A stretch of DNA of 64,000 bases. Origin: Lama guanicoe (Eukaryota). The notes below the pieces were generated by a model, which did no database searches, was not told the origin of the DNA, and worked only from the letters and a program-made list of their open reading frames with translations. The stretch covers positions 437,775 to 501,774 of the forward strand of contig MU053994.1 in assembly GCA_013239625.1 (NCBI GenBank), given 5' to 3'. The translations under genes were made by a program, and so were the position numbers. This document shows, piece by piece, positions 37,708 to 50,690 of this stretch (its first letter is position 1; each line of letters starts with the position of its first letter).

Positions 37708-40700
37708 TAAGATTCTTTTATCTTCCCTGCCCTCTTTGACTGCTTTCTGTTAGTTTGAAGCAATTTAAATCAGGAATGGGGCAACTGCAGCCACACTGGA
37801 GACCAGTGTTGGTCAGTGACTTCATGGGCTCCCAGCAATAGCTCAAATACTAGAAAACATCTTTGGTACTTTTATCAGTTAACCAGATTGAAGGATGGAA
37901 TAGAGCTGTAAATATGGTGTTGATGAGACTGTCCATTTGCTAATGACATCATAACCAGTAGTTAAGTGGAAAGACTGCCCAGGCTTGAGTACCAGCTCTC
38001 GGATGTGCTAGTTGTGTGACTCAGCTTTTCTGTGCCTTGGTTTCCTCATCAATAAAACAAGGATGATAATAGTACTTACGTTATAGGGTTGTTGCAAAGA
38101 TTAAGGACAATAATACATGTGCAGTGCCTGGTACCTAAGTGCACAACAAATGTTAATTGTTGTTTGCTGATAATGCCTTTCTCAGGTCAGTCTTACTGGG
38201 AATTTGCTTCGACCAGAGATGGGAGAGGAAGTGGGTCTACAGAGTGAAAAGTTCCCAGAGATCACCTGAATTTCTTGAAATAAGTTTCTGTGGGAGGAAA
38301 GTTGAATAATACGGGCATAGTTGAGTTTCACATCAGTTATAGGCAGGGCTGGTATTTAGCTGGATCCCCAGGTATGACCTCACCTATGTTTCAGCCAGCA
38401 TCCATTCTGATTGGTTATATCCTCTGTTCCAAATGATCACAGCATCATTGTGATTGGTTGCTGTATTCATTGTGATTGGTTGCTGCCTGTCCTGTCCTGC
38501 TTGATAAATATATTTGGTTATTATGTCTACCCCTGGATACAGGAGCAGAGATAAACAGAGTTCCCGCCTCAGTCACTGCTTACTATGCAACATGTAGCTT
38601 TTGTGTGTTGCGTGTCTCCCAAAATTGCACTCAGAAGCTTATGTTTATTTTACTTGAGGAGAAATCTTGTTGTAAGATTATTTTCACATGTTGCAAAAAT
38701 AATCAATGTGCCTAAAGGAACTAGGATCCTTAGAATTGAAAATACATTGAAATATTCTTGATTGATGCTTATTTCATAGTTAAGAGCTCAGAATTCTTAC
38801 TTCCATCATTCCAACATATTCAACCAATCTTAAACAAAAGCTTTGATTAAAATTATTGCACTTTATCTATGCCTAGAATTCAGGTGGCAGTTAAATGCAG
38901 TTAATGATTTTCAAGAAATCAGAAATGATATTTTTGGCATTGGTAGTTCAGTCGTGGAAAGTGACTAAATTTTCTAATGCACTGCAAAAAGTTATACTGT
39001 TTATGGGGGGCAAGGTACTAAACAGTTCTTGACAATATTCTTGGGGGAATTAAAAATCACTCTGTTCAGGAAAAAAAGAATTTAATAACTAGATCCCAGG
39101 AATGACTGAGGTACAGTGAATAGGACTTTGTTCAGAATATTTCTTTCTGTCCTTCTCAATAACTTTTAGTAATAATCCATTATACCCCCTCTTCCTTTTT
39201 CTTTATTTTTCTTCCCTTATCTTCTTTCCTTATTCTCTGTAATGAAATTTGCCAAATCGCATAATATACAACAGCTATCAAGAATAAGGTTGTGGATTTC
39301 CTGGCTCTTTAATCATTTTGAGAGTAGCAGAAGAAAGACTTTTACAGATCTAAGAGATACTTTTATAGAAAACAGATTTTTTTTTTAAGTGGCAATGTCT
39401 GTTCCCTTCTTGAATAACAACACCGGCTCATATTTAGTTAGTGCAGTTTTTTTCTTTTAGATGTGTCTTCTCGTTTTGTTCTGAGCTACCAGAATCTGAG
39501 CCTGGGCCAAATGACTCAGGCTCTGACACTTAACAGCTTCGTGTATTGAGAAGCCACGCTGACGTGGGCGGCATGGTGTCTAGAGTGCACGCTGTTGAGT
39601 CACACATCTATATTTGCTAATTCAAATCTTAGTCCCCCCATGACATCTTTGTATCACTTTAGATAAGTTGCTTCAATAGATAAATCTAGTCTCCTCATTT
39701 GACAAAACAGAAATAATAACATGAGCTACCTCATAAGGTTGTAGTAAGGATTAAATAAGCTAATATTTTCAAGAGCTTCAAACAGTGCTGGCATGCAGTA
39801 AGCACTCAATCATTGCTAGCTAAAAGCATTGGGCTTATTGTTGGTTTGTGTTGCCCTTGATTTATGATTTGTGGTCAACACCATCAGTGCTTCACTGAGA
39901 TCGCTTGGGGGCCCTTTGTTGGATCTGTGCTCTCATTTCCCAGTTTCCACGTACTTTACTTCTAAGGATTTTCACCTACTACCTTCTTTAGAGGACTTGC
40001 CTTTGGGTGGCTGGAGTTGCCTGTAGGACTAGAGAGCCACAAGCACCAGGTGAAAGTTGAGTTTCTGTCCCTACTGGGCAGCTCTAAGCCAGTGGCTTAC
40101 AGGTACAGAAACCCCTTGCCTCAAGGCAAGACAGACTGCAGTGCAACTCCTGTTTCAGAGCAGCCGTGGGATCGTGCTGAGGCTGGACGTCAGTGGAAAT
40201 TCACACCCTTGCTTTACCCCCCCTTTCCTTCCCACCTTCTGCCTCCCCTACTCCTTTCAGGTTCCTCCTGAGAGCATGCCATAAATCACTTGCACATGAA
40301 CCAGCATCTTCCAGTTAGTTCCTCAAAAATGCAACCAGGAGATTAGCCAGATCAGACTGGAAACGTAGTCCTTTTTCCTTGATATCCTCCAAAATCATCA
40401 AAGCAAAGAATTTATAGTGTAGCAACAGTAAACCTTTTTTGCAAGCTATTACAATTTATGGTATTGCAACTGTGAACTTTTGTGCTATTACAGTAATTGT
40501 TTTCACCGTGCTCCAGAGGTGTAGGTTGGATATTTTGTGGGCATCTGGAGGAATAAGTAATTTGTTATGAATAAGATAGAAGTTGAAGGAATGGTTTCTC
40601 AGAAGAGGTAGCATTAGAGCTTAGCCTTGAAATGTGAAAAGGATTTTGATGTTGGCCAATATGTATCAACTGGGTTTCAGCTGTTTACCGTGAAGCACTC

Positions 40701-42344
40701 TTGCCTTCAGATTCTGCTAATAGGTTTTAGAAGGAAATGGAAGCTAAAGAAAATGTTTAAGAGTTATGATAATTACAGAGAACATACTGATCTGGAAAGT
40801 TAGCACATTGAAGTTTGGAAAGGAGTGGATTTATTGTTTGTTTGTGGGTTTATTCGCTTGAGTACATTGTCCTTAGAGAGAAAGAAAGAAAATAGAACAC
40901 TAAAAAGTGTAAAAATGGTACTGAATCAACATTTTAGACCTGTCCCCCAACTGTGCTCCATAGTCCACATAGCCCCTGAAGGGTGGCATTAATTAAGGTG
41001 GGAGTGACCTCTGGGTGCTTCTAAGGATGCTCTTCACCCAAAGGCACATGAGAAGCCTGATAATTACTTCTAGCCATGAATTGTAGGCTAGAGAGAGACA
41101 TCTGCCTACAACCAGAGTGCTAGGTTGATCCAAGAGGCTCAAATATATTTATTCTTCTCCTTCAGACCAAGTAGGAAGGAGTGGTAGGAGATATCTAGAC
41201 ACAGATTTTGACTGTTAGAGAGTAAGTACTTTAAATATTCTCTGTGCAGAACAAATCACTTAGATTTGTTGATGGCTTTAACGCAGTGAAGAAAGAGGGA
41301 AGAACTGATGCAAAGAAAATTGAGCTGTCAACAGTAATTGCAAGTGGAAAAAAGATACTGACCATTTGGAAGCACACGATAAAAATCTTTGTTGATTTGT
41401 CTTGTTCCTTAGATTTTTCTAACTTTGGAAGAACTCAGCCTAACATACACGAATACATGGCTCACAGTATCCACTCCAAAAACATTTCATTAACCAGTTC
41501 TTACTCTACTTGATCTTCCACACCTAAAAACAAATCCTGTTAAATGTCTACCTTGTGGTATTGGCCTCTATAACAAATCTCCAACTTCTGAGTGCCTATT
41601 TATTTCAGCAGTTCATTTGCGGGCTTTCTTCTCACTAAGAAGCTGTCATTTTCATTTAACCACGATGCGTGAAAACATATCTGGCCTTACTTTGTCTTTG
41701 GCACCTGTTCTTGGACTTGCCTCAGTGGTGAAATCTGTCAGTTTTCTTACTGCAGACATTTCTCTTTTCTTCCTCCCTATGCAAGGCTCAGTTTTGCTCA
41801 GCTCCAGCATTAGATTTTTTTAGAGCAATCATCCCTTGTCTGGGATTCCTCTGGTAACTATTACTGGTCTGGAGGTGGACATGGGACCAAAGATGACCCA
41901 CTCAGACATAGAGCCCAAATTTATGGAAGGTTGTCTTTCCCACTGGGCAGGTTCAGTAAAACCATGTTATCCCAGTTGTTGAGTATGAAGGCCAGCTCAG
42001 CAGTGAAGCTGAGCCAAAAGAATGGCAGAGAACTGAGGTCAGCATCCTGATTTACTAGAACCTTCCACACTTCTGGACTTCTTCTTTAAGCAGTATAGTG
42101 TCTTTTGGTGTGCTTTAGTGGTGGTTGCAATCTGATTTTCTGTTACATGCAGCCAAAAGCATTCTACAGTCCCCAAGACTCAGCCCGTAGTCAACATTTG
42201 TTGAGCACATTTTGTGAGCCAAGTGCTATGTATTCATTGTTAGCGTAATGGAGGTGAGCAGAGACACAGTCCTGCTCACCACCTGTCGGGTCTGTAGACA
42301 TAAAGAAGTTTGCAGTCCTAGATCAGGCTTTATTCATGGTGTAG

Positions 42345-42565
42345 ACCCAGAGTCAGCGTACAGTTTCTGTAAAAAGCCAGATAATAAATGTTTTAGGCTG
42401 TACAGTACAGGCTCTCTGACTACTTCACTCTGCCATTGTAAGATGAAAGAAGGAATAGACAATGTGTAAATAAGTGGATATGACTGTATTCCAATAAAAC
42501 TTTATTTATAAAAACAGGCAGTGGGCTGGATTTGGCTCAAGGGCTGTAGTTTACTGACCTTTGGC
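42345..42565 (+). mobile_element. MER58A-like hAT DNA transposon
   Basis: ttctgtaaaaagccagataataaatgttttaggct...ttccaataaaactttatttataaaaacaggcagtgggctggatttggc. Confidence 0.8.
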
Positions 42566-44578
42566 TTTGAAAACAACACCTTGGTAAGTTCTAGCCTTGG
42601 TAATAGCTGCGTACGCCTGAAAACTGAAAGCTATCTTAGGGAGAAATAGGACATTGATAGTCTAAGAGATAAGATGGAGTTACCCTTGAAACCATCAACT
42701 ATCAGAAGTGGAACATGGGCTTCTGTCTGGGACGTTAGATGATTTCACAGTCCTTACATCTCTAGGAGATTTCAATGCCTCAGCCAATGTGTCGTGGCTC
42801 ACGTGCTGGAACAGCTTAAATATGTTTCATTGCCTCTGTAGAAGAACAACAAAATGAATCTGGAGGTCTCAAATAGCAAGAAAGAGCAGAAGGTTCTGCA
42901 AAATGGCAAAGGACAGATTACAAATCCATTTTCCCAATGGGGTAAAAAGTGTGAATACCTCCATTTATAAACAGGGGAACTGAAATGCAAAATTGAAGAA
43001 CTCGTCCAAGATCACACAGCTAGTAGGTAGCAGAACGATGATTTGTATTCCCCACAGTCTGGTTCCGGAGCTCACACTCCACTCTTCGGTCACTTTTAAT
43101 TTCTGAGTCATCTATCTGGCCTTTCAGGGGGACCAGAAAAAGATGGTAAACTCTCTAAAGCCTCGCTCACACCAGAGAATGTTCATACTCAGTTCATAAA
43201 GGTATCCTGATTTAATTCCCATGTCATCCCTGAGACGTACGTGCTAGTATAATGTACTACAGCTGTGGCAGCTGAACCTGAGATTAAATCACTTGTCCAA
43301 CTGATAAACATCAGAGCCAAGATTCTCTTGCTCCATCTTGCTTTCTTTTCGTCTAGGCTGTGATGCTTTTGCAGTAACGGCATCTATTCAGACTCTGTTG
43401 AAAGCCCACCCACAGCTTTCCTAGTATCTGTCAGAGAAATGGAACACAGCAGAAAACATTTCTTTAGCCTGGTATTTACCGACAGCTCTGACCTATAAGC
43501 TGTATCACATTATCCAAAGTTTGTACGACCTTTTTTGAAGCACTACTCTTACACAGTAAAAACTGACCAGCGTTCCTCCTGCTGTTCTCTTCTTTCTGCT
43601 GACTGAAAACCAAAGTGCAAGTGTATTACAATTTGTTCCACACAGCTGGCTCAGCTGAGATGGGCCACTAAGCAAATCAGAGGTTAGTATCATCAAGGGA
43701 CCGGAGAGCCCAGCCTGGACACTGCCATTCACCTTATGGCTTTGTCTTTATGTGGTTGATTCCATCATTTTACTGCAGGTCTAGGGAGAAACAAAAAGGG
43801 AAAGCATATTTAAATTGGCTCTTTGGAATCCCACAGAGATGCTGAATATTTGGTTCAAATGGATTTGAAACAATTTCAAGAATTATCCATTCAGCCAGGA
43901 AGTTAGGGAGACCAGCAGGTGCCAAACAATAATATTCTCTTTATATTCTACAAATGTTTGATCAGTAGGGCTGTTTGTTTCTTCAAATCTTATCACTGTC
44001 ACTAAGAACAAAATTGGTTTGACCTTCTTAAGAGCCTAAAGACTCACTGTCCCCATAAAAACACCAGGAAAACTATTGGAGTGGACGTCTGCTTTGGTAA
44101 ACATCTTGCCTTAATCCTAATAGAATTGCCGCAAAGCTTTTTAGTGGATTAACAGAAACTCCCAGCATGAACACATTGGCTCCCTAATAGAACCCAAACT
44201 CTTAATGAGCCACAGAGACATGAAAAAAAAAATCTGGCTCTGCCTTAAATGAGTTTAAAACCTTAGGGGTTTTCCCACCAAAGAGCTTAGTGATTTCAAT
44301 ATATACCCACATATAGGGAAACTAACTTAAATTTTGATTCTGCAGCATTTTCCTTCAAGTTGTTCTTATTAGAAGTCTCATCATAGGCACAGGGTCACAA
44401 ATACCTGATATTTGGTGATGTTTCAAACACTGGATTACCAAAATAATTAAACTTAGAGTTGCTAGACCATTTTTTTGTTTTTTTTGAAATAGTATGATCA
44501 CCATAGTCATAAGTAAAATGGTTACCTATGTGGAGTGTGTGTGTGGGTATACATGTTGTATATATGTGTGTATATATG

Positions 44579-44795
44579 CAGTTGACCCTTGAACAGTGTG
44601 GGAGTTAGGGGTGCTGACCCTCCATGCAGTCAAAAATTGGAGTATAATTCACAGTTGGCACTCCATAGTCACAGTTCTCCATCCAAGGATTCAACCAACC
44701 GCAGATCACATAGTACTATAATATTTACTACTGAAAAAAATCCACGAATGAGTGGACCTGTGCAGTTCAAACTTGTGTTGTTTGAGGGGCAGCTG
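44579..44795 (+). mobile_element. Tigger1-derived MITE (artiodactyl type)
   Basis: Imperfect TIRs cagttgacccttgaac ... gtttgaggggcagctg followed by TA. Confidence 0.85.
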
Positions 44796-45679
44796 TATAT
44801 ATCTCTAATTCTTCCCCATATTCCTTTTAGTACTGTTTCCTTGTGAGCTATCTGTAGCCAGAATTGGTGTAAGAGGACATGGCCCTAGGCAGCAGGGATT
44901 AATTTGCACTCACATCCAGGAAACTACCATTCCCTTTTGCTGTAAATTGAAGAAACACTGACTGTGAAGCCCAGGTAATCTACAACATGGCCGAATGTCC
45001 ACGGGGTGGGATGTCAGGGCTGGAAGGGGGAGTGAAGACTCATCCCCCAAAGGCAGGTCATTTCATAAGGGAAGATTCTCATTAAGCGAAACCCAGCTGT
45101 ATTCCTGGGGAAGGGGGCATTTTATTTCGGAGGAAATATAAATGAAAACTTCACTTAACAAAAATGCTGCCTCTAACGTTTTAGATTTCAGGCATGTGAC
45201 CATTTTATATCAACAATTTATATGAATATTCCTATCTTAATAAAAGTTAAGGTTTAGTTGATTTAAATCTGTCATAAGATTAGGCTGACATGTTAATTCT
45301 GATTCTAATTTCTAATTATTATTTCATTGAAGAGTAAACATAACTGGTAAACATTTTATGCAAATATCTAAAAGTGATAAAACTTTGCACAGCAAAGGAT
45401 TTTTTTAAGGTTTTTAAACTCACTAATGCACTAGGATCTCTAAAGGGCATCAATATACAATATTTTTATGTCATAAATTCTTAATCTTTAAAGAAATATT
45501 TAATATCTTCTGATATATTTTTCATTATGGAAGTAATAGTTTATTATAGAAAATTAGAAAATAGGTATAATTTGAACTCTAAAAACTCACTTAAGATCCC
45601 TCTTGCCAGAGATAGTTTCTACTTTTTAAAAAAAAAATTTTTTCTTTTCAGTTTTATTGAGCTGTAATTGACACACAGC

Positions 45680-45795
45680 ACTGTATACTTTTTTGTGGGG
45701 GGAGGGAGAGGTAGTTAGATTTTATTAACTTATTTATTTTTTAAATGGAGTTACTGGGGATTGAACCTAGGACCTTGTGCACTCTACCATTGAGT
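45680..45795 (-). mobile_element. Vic-1-type SINE, partial
   Basis: aatggagttactggggattgaacctaggacct...tgcactctaccattgag. Confidence 0.75.
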
Positions 45796-46659
45796 TTCCA
45801 CTTTTGTTGAATTTACTTTCTATTACTTTTCTGTGTGTACATGTAATTTTCACATAATTGGAACCACATTATATATGTAATTTTCTATCCTCTTTTTGCT
45901 CAACAGAATTTAATGAACATTTTTGATGCCATTAAAAATTCCTTGGAAGCATCATTTTTATCAGCTGGATAAGATTTCATAACATGGATGTGCAGTATTT
46001 TAACTGTTCTAATTTCCATGAACATCCTTATTCTTAAATCTTCTCTCTTAATTTTTTATTATATTATGACTCATATTTTGATTTATATTTCCTTTACATT
46101 AAAAATTGTTTTTCGGAAATGTTGTCAATTTCCTCTTCACTAAAGTATTATGTTATTTCATTGCCAACATTGAAGTTATTGGTATAAATCTTTACTAATC
46201 TGATAAAGTAGTATCCTATGTTAATTTCCATTTATGGGATTATTACTGTTTTTACATGATTGTTAGCCATTTGTATTTCCTCTTTTGTGGATTTTTTATT
46301 CACACTGTCTATTTACTATTGGATGTTAGTGTGGTTTCAGTATTGATTTATATGAATTTTTTTGTCATTTATTTGGGAAATACATTTCCAAGATACAGCA
46401 AAAATTCATTGAGCAGTTAATTTAATACATAAGGCATAAGAGAAGGAAACTAATTTCCAATTTAGCAGAAGCAAAGTTATATTTTATTGGATTGTGCAAA
46501 GTCTCCACTTTCACAATGACTTAAAATGATAAGTTCTTTGTGTAAAATACAAATAACTGACATCTTTCATAGACTGTATACGATTAGTATTTTAAAGCCA
46601 GGATTTGCATTCCTCTCTACTTTTGTAATAGTATCTGTGCTATTAATGGGTATGGAAAT

Positions 46660-47560
46660 TAGGGTAAGTTCAGCTCTGAGTGTCAGAAAAGCAAAATAAT
46701 AGTAGCTTAAGTAAGAGAGAAGGGTATTTCTTTTTTTTACTGAGATGAAGTTGTGAAAGCAACCCAGGACTGGTAATGGTGGCTCCACACTTATCAGAGG
46801 CCCGAGGTCCTTTTTAATTGGTTGGTCTGCCATCTTCAACGTGGGCTAACACCTGTTAAATAAAAAATTATTTTGACACTTACTAAAATGGTAAGGAAGA
46901 CTCTATTCAGGAGTATTGCAATAGATTTCAAGACTATCACAGACACAAAAATAAAAAAGACTACAACAGTAGAGGAGAGAGATCAGACTTAACTCCAAAT
47001 ACAGCAAAAAGGAAGGGGTCAATTAACGGGAAATTACTAAGAGGAGACATTGATGATAAGGGGATTCTTAGTAAATCGACTTACCAGAATTCTTGCTGAA
47101 GGCAGGCCAGGGTAATTACAGATATCAACGGTGGGGGGATTCTCGCTAAGCGGATTGAGCAGGACTCTTACTAAATCTGCTCTCTGCAGGTTGAAGATAG
47201 GGCCCAGGTACAACATCTAGTCGAAAAGAGACCTCGAAGAGCTTGTGTAAAGTTTGGTCAAGAAGAGAGTCTTAGTCATACCTCATGGTCCAGGATGGCA
47301 TACTATCCTCATTCCAGCCAGCAGGGGAAAGGGGAAAGGGCAAAGGGCAGAAAAAAAAAAAAGACAGGTTCCCTTCCCTTTAGGACATGTCTGATGACCT
47401 TGTTTATGTCATGTTGGCCAGAATGTAGGTACATGGCCATACTTAGCTGTGAGGGAGTTTGCATATTTAACTGGTAAATGTAGTTTTTATTCTGGGTGGC
47501 CATTTGGGAGTTTTATTGGTGTAAAAGAGTAAAAGGAATATTGGGAAACAACCAGCAGTC
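46660..47560. mobile_element. MLT1J-like MaLR LTR interrupted by an ERV1 solo LTR
   Basis: MLT1J-like halves (atagtagcttaagtaaga...gccatcttcaac / cctcatggtccaggatggc...catggccatacttagctg) on either side of the insertion. Confidence 0.65.
46854..47278. mobile_element. ERV1-type solo LTR
   Basis: TGTTAAATAAAAAATT...CTTAGTCA termini with a 4-bp imperfect TSD cacc/tacc. Confidence 0.75.
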
Positions 47561-49433
47561 CGAGAAAATGGGTGCAATTAAGATCATGCGTCTTGTGGAT
47601 CAGATTTGTTGATTGCTTAGCACAAATCTCATCTTTTTATGGGACCTGAAAGCACTTAATTGTCAATGATGATGTTCAATGAAGTATATATAAGAAAAAA
47701 ACCATAGCATATAAAACAACTTTTATATTCATCCTCAATGAATTTCAAGGAAATGGTGATTTGACGTTTCTTGTACCATATACTGATATTAATAACTAGG
47801 AAAACTGCTGGAAGGGTGTTATGTAATAATCTTTATCTATGAAAATATGCATCCCCATAAACATCACCTAAAGAGATAAATGGGAAAAATCAAGTACTGA
47901 TAACTATCTTTACTGTGCATATAACTCCTTCCTTGCTGCATTTAAAATAATTTTGTTTACACACATTCAATTTAGAGACATTTTAGAAATAAACCTCAGC
48001 AATATGTTTATCAAAATTAAAACTAGTATGTACCTGTATTAAGCAGCAGCAGTAGTTTTAAAGAATTTTTTAAGGGCAATGTGTTCTCCTCAAATTATCT
48101 TTTTTGTGTATGAATGTCCATTTTCCTCCCATCAAGTCCATTTTGTCCTTTCATTGTCATGGCAATAATCTGTAAAGGCCCAGTATTTTATTTTTTTTTA
48201 AATACAGGTTTCCTACTTCTTGCTGTACTGATTCTTTCTCCACCCCGTCTTTTTCTGAGTAATTTACCATATGGATAACAGGACTTTCCACTGATTTTGG
48301 TACTCAAGAAAGGTATCCTTTGGGGTTCACATTAGTAAAACATATCCTTGTTCCTTGTCAGGCCAGGAAATTGAGATATTTGTTACAGGGTGTTCTAGGT
48401 AGAAGACTTGCTTTGATAATTACATATGAGATCCATTTCTGCTATGATTTTAAGACTATAGATTATTAAACAATTACCTGTCTGTTCCCATGGCTCTGTG
48501 AGGTCTCTTGGTATGTTCCTGTAAGCCAAGTGTTTTACTACTGGGAAGTGCTTGGTGTCATCTGCAGAGGTGAAGATTTTGTAATGCCCTCTTTCCTGGA
48601 GACAATTTCTAAACACGTAAGTTGGCACAAATTGCAAGATTTCTCTATCTAGACAACGGTTTTTTCATTCCTGTTCCTTATTACCGCCTTTGAAGTGGCT
48701 TTCTGAGCAAAACTTTCCCCCAGTTCTTGAGTGGTCTTGATTATTTGTAATAGCCTTTGACTTGGAAACTAATCGCAAGCTTTGTGAAGTTTTTAGTGAT
48801 ATTCATTGAAGAACAGCTCTGCTGGGGAATGTCTATCATAAGAGACTGTGATAAGAGGTTACCTGGGCAGGTGCCACTTGGTGGGAGAAGCAGGGCAGAC
48901 AGAAGAAACCCTTCATGTTTACTGAAGCTAAACTATGAGTGTGTTCAGCCTGGCTTGGCACAACTAAGAAAGCAGTAGCAGTCATGAATACAGTGTCCTT
49001 TCTGAGTAACATTTTAGTAGATTGAGAGCCAACGGAGCCTAGAGTGGGAAAGAATGCAGATTTGGAAATCTAAAACTCTGGATCTGAATCCTGACTGTAC
49101 CGCATACTAGTCCTGGGATGTTTCCTCTCTGAGATTCCCCTTTATTATCTGTAAAATTGGAATCATAAAGTCTTCCTCTGGGTTATTGTCGAAGTGTGAT
49201 AGCATGACACGTAAAACAGAGGGACTGTGATTATTGTGGCTAAGTGTTGTGATGGTTAGATTTCAATAATAGGTTCTCTACATGGAAGCTGCGATCAAAA
49301 TGAAAAAGTAATACTTTTATATTCAGAGTATGGAAAGGAGGTCTGGTCACGCCTGGATTTTCCTTAGGCAAATGTGAAATAGCCCCAGTGTTGATGGCAT
49401 TGCCTCTGGATGTGAACAAAAGACGGGAGTGCT

Positions 49434-49562
49434 GGCGGGGGGAGGGTACAGCTCAGTGTTAGAGTGCACACTTAGCATACATGAGGTCCTGGGTTCAATC
49501 TCCAGTACCTCCATTAAAATAAATAAGTAAATAAACAAATCTAATTATCTCCCAACAAAACA
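49434..49562 (+). mobile_element. Vic-1-type SINE with perfect 19-bp TSD
   Basis: TSD aacaaaagacgggagtgct at 49415-49433 and 49563-49581. Confidence 0.92.
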
Positions 49563-49869
49563 AACAAAAGACGGGAGTGCTAGGAGGCACGCAGTCATTG
49601 GCATCGGGCTGCTGCGACATTGTTCTCCCTGCCTGTATTATTTCAAGTGCTTTTCGTCTTACTGTTTCTGGTTCGTCAGTGTTTTTTGGTTTTTGTTTTT
49701 TGTTTTTTGGTCAGTCGCTGTGGCTTTATTCTCTTAAAGGAATGTGAAACTAGCTGTAGACAAAGAGTTAAGTTGCAGGCACTACAGCAGAGACTGAAGC
49801 AGAACCTGATAGCAACATCTCTGCAGGTGGACAATAATAAAAAGAGCTAATATTTACTGAGTTCTTATC

Positions 49870-50330
49870 GTGTTCATTGGGAAATAGGTTTGGGACATTA
49901 TAATTATTACTTAAACAAGATGGAAATGCATTGCTCTCTAATGGCAAAGTCCAGGTTGGTTGACAGTTGTTTGTGCAGTTGTTATGTTGGCTCCATTATA
50001 GCATGGGTCTGGGTGCCTTGTCTTTTGTAGTTCTACCATGTTGAGAGTTTGGCTCTTGGTCCAAGATGGCTCACCCTTATCTTCTCATCCCAGCCTCTGG
50101 GAAGGAAGAGGGATTCAAAGGGCAGGGATACCCCTTTCCCATTAGGGGCATGGCCTAGAAGTTGCCTATATCATTTCTGATCACATCACTTTGGCTAGCA
50201 TTTAGTCTCATGACAACACTAGCTGCAAGGGACGCTGGGAAATGTAGTCTTTAGTCTGAGTGGCCATGAGATTAGCTAGACATTCCACTAGTAGAGAAAT
50301 GGAGAACACATGTTGGGAGACATATACCAG
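49870..50330. mobile_element. MLT1J-like MaLR LTR
   Basis: ggtccaagatggct...ctagctgcaagggacgctgggaaatgtagtcttta. Confidence 0.7.
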
Positions 50331-50557
50331 AATTGTCTATCCCACAATTACTATGTGCCAAGCTGTGCTTCACACTTTCCTTAATGCTCAGGACAGCATC
50401 ATCTTTCTTCATGTTCACAAGAACCGGATGAGATTGTAACTATTATGATTTTTTTTTAACAGAGGGAGTACTTTGAGACATGGGGAAGTTAAGTCTTATG
50501 TGACACAGAGAGGTCAAATAATTTTCATAAAATCTCAAAGGAAATGACAACTGGCCA

Positions 50558-50690
50558 TTTCTCTTTCTCTGTCACGTACTAGCTTTTGCTTATGCTTTCT
50601 TTTATTCATTCAATTGAATGATAGCTATTATGTTCCAGGCACTAGTTCTGTGCTATAAAATGCAAAATGGAGCAAAACAGATATAGTCTT
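50558..50690 (+). repeat. Short dispersed duplicate of 51770-51900
   Basis: Near-identical ~130 bp copies 1.2 kb apart. Confidence 0.93.
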
